This document shows positions 38,982 to 48,800 of a stretch of 64,000 nt of DNA, piece after piece. Numbering within the stretch: the first letter of the stretch is position 1; each line of letters opens with the position of its first letter. Below the pieces are notes generated by a model. It was not told the DNA's origin. It saw only the letters and a list, made by a program, of their open reading frames with translations, and did not search any database. Source of the DNA: Felis catus (taxonomy: Eukaryota); contig NC_058377.1 of the NCBI RefSeq assembly GCF_018350175.1, positions 106,268,001 through 106,332,000 of the forward strand, written 5' to 3'. A program made the position numbers and the translations under genes.

Positions 38982-40975
38982 ATGGCGCTGCCCTGGTTGC
39001 AGCGCTTCGAGCTCTTGCTATTCACAGCTGCCTTCCTGTGCGGGGCCGTGGCGGCCGCGACGCTGACCCAGACCCAGGTGCGGGGCGGGGCCGGCCGTGG
39101 GGTCGCGTAGGCGGGGGCGGGCTGGCCGGGGCCGGCCTGGTGCCGTCGCGCTGCGCCTCGGAGCCGGGACGTCGGGGGAGGCCCGGCGGGCGCCCATCTG
39201 CGGCGGAGTTGCACCGGCGCCGATCGCGCTCTCCGGCCCCGCCCGCCCGCGTTGCTCTAAAAAGTCATTCCCTCGCCTAGGGACGGGTTTTCCGGAGTGT
39301 CTTCCAGCACCACACGTAGCCCGGTCTGGTGGCTGCGGCTGCATCACCTTACCCTGGTTCTGAAACAGAAATCGGCCCGGGCCCTGCCTACACGTTTAAA
39401 TGAGGCACTTGTGCCGAGCTACGCCAGGAAATAAAGCATAGTGTAGCGGAGATGACCGAGTTTCCACACGATTGCAGCACGGTGTATGAATGACAAAATA
39501 CGGAGGTAGAAAATGCCCAAAGCAGGAGGGTTTTTTTCCCCCCAGCCTGCAATCTTGTTAATAAACAGGCTCATTTAAGCCTGTAAGGCACGATTGTGCC
39601 TTTTTCGTGGTTTTGGTTTTTTTTTGTTTTTTTTGTTTTTTTTTTTTACAGATTAGGAAATATCGGAGATAGTTGAAGGTTACACAAGTTCTGGTTTTAC
39701 TCTAGGCTTTCTGCAGAGGGGAGACCAGAACTGGTGAGGCATCTCTGAAGCTCACTGTCTTTTGTAACCACCGCCTGTTTCCTGATCCTTCTGTCCACTG
39801 CAGGTTTGACTTCCCCAGCAGGCCCTCTCCATCAGTCTACTGGCCCAGAAACAGGAACTGACAGTGCACAAATAACTTCCTAGGGTGGCCCTCTCCTAGC
39901 TTATCCCTCACACCTGCCCAGAGCCTGCACCGAGGCTCTAACCTGAAATCTGGGAGGACTCAGCAGCTTCTCTTCACAGGGTTCCTTCAGTAGCCACTGT
40001 CCCTTGTACGGCGTGGCCGCCCTCAATGGCTCCTCCCTGGCTTTATCCCAACCCTCGGCCCCATCCCTCTGCTACTTTGTGGCCGGGGTCTCTGGCCTCC
40101 TGGCCCTCTACTGCCTCCTGCTCCTGCTCTTCTGGGTCTACAGCAGCTGCATCGAGGACTCCCACAGGTGACTGCCCTACCCTGAGAGTCAGGGGCTGAG
40201 CTCGGGGAAGGCCCATTCCAACCACAAGGCTTGTTCTCTCCCTCCTCAGAGGCCCTACAGGGCTCCGCATTGCACTGGCCATCTCTGCTATAGCCACCTT
40301 CCTGGTCTTAGTGTCCGCCTGTATCCTTCGATTTGGCACCCGTTCTCTCTGCAAATCCATCGTCTCCCTGAACATTACAATTAGGTAATGGGAGAGGGAG
40401 GGAACCCTGGCTGGGGCTGACTGCCTTCCCTTTTTGTCCCTCTCAGTTCTCCTCTCCGAGGGCATCCGGGCACAGGTATGTTTGGGGTATAGCCTCCCTT
40501 TCTCACCACCATCTTTTGACCTCACAGCTGCTCTGAAGCCCAGAAAATTCCATGGACACCCCCTGGAACCACTCTGAAGTTTTACTCCAACCTATACGAT
40601 GCTGAAGTGAGGTTCTGGGACGTGAAAGACTAGGTGGAAACTCAGGGGTCCACAGACTCCTATAAGCATCTGTAGTTGTCAGGGTGCCCACCAGTGAGAG
40701 GCTGAGAGGGGCTGATGGGCTTGTTGACCTGACAGCGAGCAAATAGCTGTATGTGGGTGGAACTGGATTCAAGATGGCCACGTTCCTCACGCTCTTGTTC
40801 CTGTTTCCCACAGACCTCTTCTTGGGTGAATCTGGTATTGTGGTGTGTGGTCTTGATGCTTCAGGTGGTGCAGTGGAAGTCTGAAGCCACACCTTATCGG
40901 CCTCTGGAGCGGGGGGACCCCGAATGGAGCTCTGAGACAGATGTTCTTGTTGGGCCACGCCTTTCCCCTTCCTGA
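38982..40975 (+). CDS. TMEM179B: TMEM179B, transmembrane protein, 219 aa
   Basis: join(38982-39077,39980-40167,40250-40384,40528-40606,40814-40975) = 660 nt, all GT-AG. MALPWLQRFELLLFTAAFLCGAVAAA...PYRPLERGDPEWSSETDVLVGPRLSPS*, with four hydrophobic segments. Confidence 0.94.
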
Positions 40976-41257
40976 AGAGTAACCAGAAAATCCTTCCTGC
41001 AGCCAAAGACTCCATGCCCACGTGCCTACAGTCCTCTTGCCCCCACGTGGCCCTGTTTATACTGGGAGCCTGTTTTTCCCTCCACGAGGGAAACGTGACA
41101 ATGGGCTCCCTCCACCTCTCTTCCTACAGCTGTTTTTGTACCAAAATATTAGATTACTTTTTTCCTTCATCTTGGTACTGAGTTCTTGGTGTTGAAAGCA
41201 CTGTAGGCAGGTGGATCGGAGGACAGGAGCGAAAGCCAAACAGACATGGACTGCTCT

Positions 41258-41325
41258 TTTATTTGCTGTTAATGCACCCTGGGCCCCCTTGGGTGACCCC
41301 CCATCCCCGAGGTCCGGTTTTTATT
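41258..41325 (-). terminator. TMEM223 poly(A) signals (two AATAAA)
   Basis: TTTATT on + at 41258-41263 and 41320-41325. Confidence 0.6.
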
Positions 41326-41362
41326 CCCCTCTGGGAGGGCTGAGCCATCCGCGGTGGTCTCT

Positions 41363-42372
41363 TCACAAGCTGCGGTAGGCACCCACAGTGTTGTCAAAGA
41401 GTTTCGTGTTGGGGAAGTGTCCAGCTTTGTCCAAGAGGAAGTAGAAGCGCCGGCCTTTGATCTTCAGAGGCAACATGGCAGGGACTTCACCACGGTGGGC
41501 CATGCAGGATACGTGGTTCAAAGGAACGGTGAAATGGGCACCCAAGCCAAAGGGAGCGTGAGTGGTGAGGGTCACCTGCTTTCCTCCAGCCAATAGCATC
41601 ACTGAACGCACAGAACGGAGGGAGAAGAGGAGACCGGCACCAAGTACCAGGGTACCTGCAGGAAGAGCAAAGTTTGGGGTGGGGCATTTTCGCGGGAGAG
41701 CTAAGCAGGAACCTCTCCGGTCCCCCCAGATTAAAACAATTGCGACGACGGTAACATTTCTTGAGCTCCTCTTCTACCCCGGGGTCTTGGGTTCCGTCAT
41801 TCCTTCCCAACAACATTAATGTCCACCCCCATTTTAAAGACAAGGAGACGGGTCCAGGACCGTGTAACTGCTCAAGCTCGCAGAGTGAGAGGCTGACCTC
41901 ACTCTAGGCCTGCCCGAGAGCTTGGCTCAAGGCCCTCCCACCTCCAGTACTGCCCGCCTCGGAGGGTCGGAAGTCCCTCACTGTCCTTGTCGGAGCAGGG
42001 AAGGTCGTGCCCAGCCACCCCACGTCCCCAAGGTGGGAAGCCAGCCCACGCCTTACCGATGGCGCCGCAGCCGAGCGCCAGGCCGTAGCGCCAGAGCGTG
42101 GAGCGCAGGTCCGAGCGGCCGCGGTCCGGGAACTCCGCGTCTGGAGACAGCGCCCGGGCCGGGGGTCGGGCCAAAGCTGCCACGGCCAGGGAGGCCCAGA
42201 AGACGCCCTGGCCCGCGCAGAACAGCCCGAGGACCGCGAAGAAGCGGCCCCGTTCGTGCTCGAAGAGCAGCACGTCCCGCGACGGGGCCGCGGCGTGCCA
42301 GGACCGGTGCACGGGCAGCGGCCGCAGCGCAAGGAGCAGCCGCACCGGCCACCGCCGCCCGGGCGCCGCCAT
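41363..42372 (-). CDS. TMEM223: TMEM223, mitochondrial inner-membrane protein, 202 aa
   Basis: complement(join(41363-41655,42057-42372)) = 609 nt. MAAPGRRW...RDVLLFEHERGRFFAVLGLFCAGQGVFWASLA...KAGHFPNTKLFDNTVGAYRSL*. N-terminus is Arg-rich and resembles a mitochondrial presequence. Confidence 0.95.
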
Positions 42373-42567
42373 AACTACGGCGGCGCTGCTTCTGGGGCGG
42401 GATTTCCGGCAGGCGGGCCCCGCCCCCAGCGCTCGCCTGCCCGCAGCCTGGGTCCAGCCCCGGGAGGGAGGGGAGGGCTGCCCGCCAGGCTTCGCCCCCG
42501 CACCACCTCCTGGCAGGGGCGGGGCAAAAACAATCTAGCACGCGTGACACAAAATACAATATCACTC

Positions 42568-42573
42568 TTTATC
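42568..42573 (-). terminator. candidate NXF1 poly(A) signal, GATAAA variant
   Basis: No AATAAA on the minus strand between the NXF1 stop (42894) and the TMEM223 ATG (42372). GATAAA with an upstream U-rich tract is the best candidate. Confidence 0.45.
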
Positions 42574-42893
42574 TTAAAAAGTAAGGAGGGTTCTGGGGTT
42601 AAGTACACAAAGCACCTAGGTCCTTCGGTAGTTTAGTGTCAGTTCTACAAAGTAAGCTTTGGCTTCCTGGCACCAGTGAGGCTCAATCTTCCGGAAGTCT
42701 TCCAGAAGTCTCCCAGAAGGCAGGTGAGGAGAGGGATCCGGCAGCCCATTCTCTTCGGTCACGGTCACGGTCACAGTCACAGGGTGGCCTCGGTCGGTCG
42801 GGGCCAGAGAGGAGAAAACGACAGCCATGACAAGGAGACGTCAATATCCAAGGGCTATTTTACAGGGGGCTTCTTCTGGGGCATGACTACGGA

Positions 42894-45800
42894 TCACTTC
42901 ATGAACGCCACTTCTGGGATCTCGCCCTTGGCCTTAGCAAAAAGAGAAAAGGTCAGCAGAGCCAGCCCCTTTCCCCCACTCCCAGCTTGCCTGACCCTCT
43001 TGAAGGCCCAGAGATCTCTGGCCTTTTTGCTACTGAATTCCCAAAACTTACCTTCAGATGAGTAAAGGCCTGGGCAGATCTGGTGTAGTCCCAGTTGTTG
43101 TCCTGGAGGCACCTGCAGTGGGGGAAGAACAGGCACCTTCATTAGAACCAAAAGGTACTCACCCTGATGGCTAGATGCCACTTCAAAGTCCATTATATAG
43201 CAACACTTGCCAGTGTGTGCCAACAATTATATACATTCTTGCACTGTGTATACAAATGAAAAACTTGTAACAATCCAAATGTCTATCAATGGCCTACTGG
43301 ATACAAAGGATTACTAAGTAGCTGTCAAAAGGAGGAAGGTGATTTTTACAGTGATGGGGATGTGCCTGGGTGGCTCAGTCGGTTAAACTTCTGACTTCAG
43401 CTCAGGCCATGATTGCAGGGTGAGTTTGAGCCTCATGTTGGGCTCTGTGCTGACAGCTGGGAGCCTGGAGCCTGCTTCAGACTCTGTGTCTCCCCCTCTC
43501 TCTGCCCCTCCCCCGCTCATGCTCTATCCCTTTCTCTCTCTCTCAAAAATAAACAAGCATTTAAAATACACACACACACACACACACACACACAGTGATA
43601 GGGAAAGATGTTCACAAGACAAAAAGGTAAGTTGTAAAACAGTATATACAAAGAGACTTCATTTGGGCTTTAAATTTTGTGATGCTGATTTATGCAGAGG
43701 CCACATTTTTTTATGGACCGTATTTATAAGTTCTGGTTTTTTAAATCTTAGGAGCACTCATTATTCACTACCACCCCTACCTCCATTTCCCCCTACTGCT
43801 ACACATGCCCAGCACTCACTTCTGGGACCACTCAAGGTTCATGCCAGACTGGGTAGAGAATGCCTGCAGCATCTCCTGCTGCTCGGGGGAGAGGGTGGGC
43901 ACTGGGCTGGAGGAAGGTGTGGGTGCAGGCATGGCGAAGGCTCTCTGGATCTCATCAGGGCTGGCATTGCGCACAAACAGCTCGTCATTTACGATGCACA
44001 GCCTGTGGGACAAAAAGCACTTTAGGCAGCTGGACAAACAGACCACCTCATCTTCCCAACTTTATTCCTGTTCTCATACTTGACGCTCTTACACTCGACA
44101 GGTTCTTTCAGCATTCACAAAGAACCCCTCCCCCACTCTTGGTCATTACATTTTATCATTTACGACCCTTCCCACACAACCCGTGTAAGCGGTTCTCTAC
44201 CGAACACACTAGAATTACACATTCTCCCCCAACTCTGGACAGTTCTCATCCCCATTTATCTTCACGACAGGCCACAGAAATAAATATACTAGTTTCCAGA
44301 CGAGGAAACTTGCCCTTAGCTAGAAGTGGTGGGGCCAGGATGAAAAACCCAGCCTGGCTCCAGAGCCAAGCTCACCACCATTGTGAGAGCTTCCTCCTGA
44401 TTCCCCCCCCCCCCCCAAGCCTTTCTGAAATTCTGAAAACATCCTGAGGACCGGCTCCCCCATCCCCGCCCCTACCAACTCCCACATGCTGGCCATGGAT
44501 TGGGACTGGGACCCCATGTGGTAAGCCAAACACTTACCCTGAATTGCTGGCAGGAACAGCGACAAATGTCCTGGTGAAGGCTCGCAAAGAATCCCGAGAT
44601 TTTCCATCCACTGTAATGTTAACAACAGCAATGACCCCTTAGGATCAGCCACGCTTTGTGTTCACCGAAAGCTTCTCCCATCACGGTCTTACTTGATACG
44701 ACTCGCCTCAAGTAGACCAGACGGATGACTGCGTGTGTACAGGGGAGCAGAGGTGAAGAGGAATGTGGGGCCAGCGAGGACAATAACCACCCGTTAGCCC
44801 ACCCACAGAACATCTGTGTGCAAGGTCCTACGGCAAGCCCTTCACTTACTCCCCACAGCACCGCTAGGGGGTGGCTAGTACCCCTTTCTACAAATAAAGA
44901 ATCTGAAGCTCAGAGTTCATGTAAATTCGCCACGGGCACACGGGACCGAGGTTGGAATGGAGCCTTGGATCTGCCTGACACCAAAGCCTGTGTCCTCCTA
45001 ATCCTCAGGTTTGTCCCATATCCCAGACAGGAAAGACAGGTGGAGAGGGTAGGCCTCATGAAGATGGCTTGGGGCAGAAGAGGAGGAGGTCAGGGGAGGA
45101 GAGGGAAGGTAGCCGAGAAGCCGAGAGTGCGGAGAAAAAAAATCTAGCTGCAGGAGGGGCCCACTCTGCAAACTCCAGACTCCACCAAGATTCTCACCTT
45201 CCTTGAAGACCCCGTTGACGGAAAAACACAGCAATGTGCTCTGAAAGAGAAGCAGCGTCAGTCACCAGGTGGGCTCCCCGCCGGAGCCTAAGTCCCCCGT
45301 GCCTCGTGACCGCCCCTTCCTTCCCTAAGTTCAGGCTCCGGCCAGGGAAGAAACAGGTGCTTACTGTCTGGGCGCTTATGTCTACCACAAAGGAGTTGAC
45401 GTCGTGCTGAGTTTTGGGCAACTCATTGAGGAAGGCAACCACGTTGAGACGCGTGTGCTTCAGCAGGCGGAACCGCAGGGCTGTGGGGAGAACCCAAGGT
45501 TAGGGGCTGCCACACACTCCTGAGCCCTGTGACCGATTCCTTCCCACCTCCGTCCCAGGCTTTCTGCTCACATCACACACTTACTGGGGTCTTTGAGCTT
45601 CTTCACATTCCTGCTGTCCTTGAAGTACTCGGCCAGGTTGCTTCTAGGGGGATAAGTGGAAAAGGAGGCGGTGGTCAGCGTGGGATGGATGCTGGCAGGT
45701 GCTAGCCTGCATCTGCCGAGAAATGCTGGTCCCGGGCAGTGACACTCACCGGGAAGGGTTCTGGGGGGTAAAGGGGATGCTGAGGGAGCAGCAGGCCCCG

Positions 45801-48800
45801 TCATGGTAGGCGTCCAGGAGCCGCTGCCGGTCTCCAGAGTCATACACCGCGTAGTACCTGCGGGAACCACAAAAGGGCCAGTCTGAATTCCCTGCTCTGG
45901 ATCCACAGAACGACCCAACAGCTGCCCCGAGTGAGCGGCACTGGGGCTGGCCCACCTCTCCCCAGCCTCAGGGGTCCTCCGGCAATACTCACTGCTGCAA
46001 GAAATGCAGGACCAGGTTCTTCAGGGTCTCTGTTCCAAAATAGCTTCCCTGGAAGCAAACAGGTATCGGAATCCCGTAACCTATACTCTCCTCCCCACAC
46101 GAGTTCTAACTCTGCCCCACTTCTTACCTTGCAGGGCGGTAACGTCGTGGGGGCTTCAACGTCAAAGGCAATCGGAGGGGGTAACTCATGGCCATCCTGC
46201 AGAAAGGAAGTGGAAGTTGACAGCATAAACAGAGACGAAAAAGGCTGGATGAGTAATTAGATGGGAGAGCTAAGAGTGAGGGGGTCAGAGGCCAAAGAGA
46301 CATGGAGAAGATCCCAGGAGCTGTGATAGGTGCAACTTTTGTCTACAGGCGTTTCTCTGGGAAGAAAGATTCTATAACCTTTGCCAGATTCTCCAAGGGC
46401 TCCATGTCTCCAAATTCACGGTCATACAAACATACGTGAGGCGGGACCTTTTGGGTGGGAGAGGCTACGCTCGTGACAAAAGAGTTAAAAAAGCTGCGGA
46501 CTTACCAGGCGTAATAATTTGGGAAATCGTTCGCGAATGGCGCTGTCAAGAACAGGACAGAAGTGAGTGATGCTTCAGAGCCACCGTGCCTCCTGAGCTG
46601 CTCTAGGAGCACATACACCAACGCCCCAGGGACAGCCCCTCCCGTCCTCACTCCCGCCAGCCTCTGAGCTCCTGGGAGAGAGGCCCCACTCCCCACCTCA
46701 CCCGGGGCACCCAGAGACAACTGCCTTGAAGGCGGACCCTGTTCTCTCTGCCTGATCCGAGCACCACGAGAACGGCGCTCCCAGCCCGGGCTTTAAGCCA
46801 GGACGTCCTTCCCCACCCTGCCCCCCTTACCTTCCACCTACTCACCTGTGCAGCCCCGGGAGGAGGGAATGGGGTGGGAGCCCAGGGGCTCCGCTGCCTC
46901 AACGGGTATCCATCAGTTCTGCCCAGTCTGGCCGTGGCCAAGACCAGAAACACCACAGGGATGGCACAGGATGTTGGGGCAGGGAGATGAGCAAGGCAGG
47001 GTTTAGNNNNNNNNNNNNNNNNNNNNNNNNNNNNNNNNNNNNNNNNNNNNNNNNNNNNNNNNNNNNNNNNNNNNNNNNNNNNNNNNNNNNNNNNNNNNNN
47101 NNNNNNNNNNNNNNNNNNNNNNNNNNNNNNNNNNNNNNNNNNNNNNNNNNNNNNNNNNNNNNNNNNNNNNNNNNNNNNNNNNNNNNNNNNNNNNNNNNNN
47201 NNNNNNNNNNNNNNNNNNNNNNNNNNNNNNNNNNNNNNNNNNNNNNNNNNNNNNNNNNNNNNNNNNNNNNNTGGGGCAGGGGAGAGATGGGGGAGACAGA
47301 GGGGGAGCAGAGAGAGAGAAAAGAAAGAGGAAGCAAAGAAAAGGCGAAAGAACGATCAGGCAAGGAGGCATTTAGAAGAACGAGGAAGGAAAAAGGGAAG
47401 AAGACACCCAACACAGCCTTTTCCTTCAGCTGCCCCTTTCCCTGTGGTCCAAGGTAGAAACAGAAAACAAATTCTTGCTGCAGCGAGAGGGCAGTTGCTG
47501 TCGTCCAGGTCTCTGCTGGCTACCTGGGTCCCGATCTGAGCTGGGCGTGGGAAGCGAAGCAGCCATGGGGGCGGGAGACCTCCCTCAGAAGGTTGAGGGT
47601 TCAGGCCCCTGCAAAGTTGGGGGGGTGAGGGTCTGTGCCCCACCTCTGTTGGCCCCCAAGTTCTCTCCTGATGGCCCCTCTGCGACTGTGCCTGTCTTAG
47701 GTTGTTCCTTCCCTGAGGAATCTTACCCGTCTCTGGCTAACCAGCCATCCTCCGGGGCCAAGCAGGGTGACGTGAGGTGTGTGAGTGAGGGCGGGGCAGC
47801 GCCCCCCGAGAGGGTCAGTTCTCTGTCTCCTTGGTAGCCATTGCCCCCGTGGCCTCCACGCCCAGCACCTGCCTTGGGACGCCCTCGCCTGCTGGCGGGG
47901 CCCCGGCTCTGATCACACGGCTTGGGGAACCCAGGTTTCTTCTCCAGGGAGGGCCCAGCTCACAGCTCCGGGCAGGAGAGACAGACTGCATGGCACCAGC
48001 TCCGAGGAGTCCTCCACCTCAGCACGAGTGGGAAAGCCCAGGCAACAGCCTTGGGCACGTGGACCATGAGAGGAGAGTCCCTCTTGGCACGGCAAGAGGG
48101 GCCGTCGTGAGACAAAGAAGGGAAGGCCCATCAACAGGAAGTCCCGGGGAGGGAGGGCTTTCTCAGCCCAGGAATACCGGGCTCTTAGCACAAGGCAGCT
48201 CCACGTACGGGGCATACGCAAGACACCCCCTGGTCGTGGTAGAAAAAGGGAGGTGCCCTTCCTGGAACAGTAGGGTAGGGAGATTCTAGAAAAGGCAGTG
48301 TTCAGGAAGGAAGAGGCAAGACCACAGGACAGCGAACAGGCAGTCAGGTGAGAAGGAAGGAGAGGAGACCTTGGGGCCAAGCTGGGACACACGGACAGAC
48401 GAAGGGAGGAGCACGTGATCCTCCCAAAGGACAGGCGGCTCCAGCTCAGGGCTGCACAGCTCCTGCAGACGGGCGCTGGTCAGGGTGCATTAGCTCAGCC
48501 TCCCAGGGGGTGAAGGTCCCCGGGAGGGGAGACAGAGGCCACAACTGACCTGATGTAGGTGGACTGGTCTCGGAAGGTGTCACACAGCGGGTTTCCGTCG
48601 AGCCACAGCTCTTCCAGCTTCAGCCCTTTTACCTTGTCCAACTCCCTCTCGGACTTCAACTGCAGAGACAGGGACAGAGAGCGGGCAAGAGACCCCGGTA
48701 AGGAGAGGCGGCGAGAGTCCCAGCTCGGAAACTCCCTCCCGGGGGCCCCCCTCTGCTCACCCCGCCCACAACCGGGCTCTCCTGCCTCACCTCGTTTCCG

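Noticed and set aside
43113-43200. Region resembling the remembered human mirtron miR-6514 in NXF1 intron 19, plus a cryptic donor at 43162
   Set aside because: The arms have diverged so the pairing is lost and the loop is longer. The donor is only 50 nt from the next acceptor, too short for an efficient intron.
44861-44875. CTCF-like motif CCGCTAGGGGGTGGC in NXF1 intron 17
   Set aside because: Partial consensus match next to an MIR remnant; cannot be supported without a matrix score or ChIP data.
46899-47457. ORFs containing runs of X (also 54711-55307)
   Set aside because: Artefacts of translating N-gaps; only the STX5 segment 55214-55241 is real.
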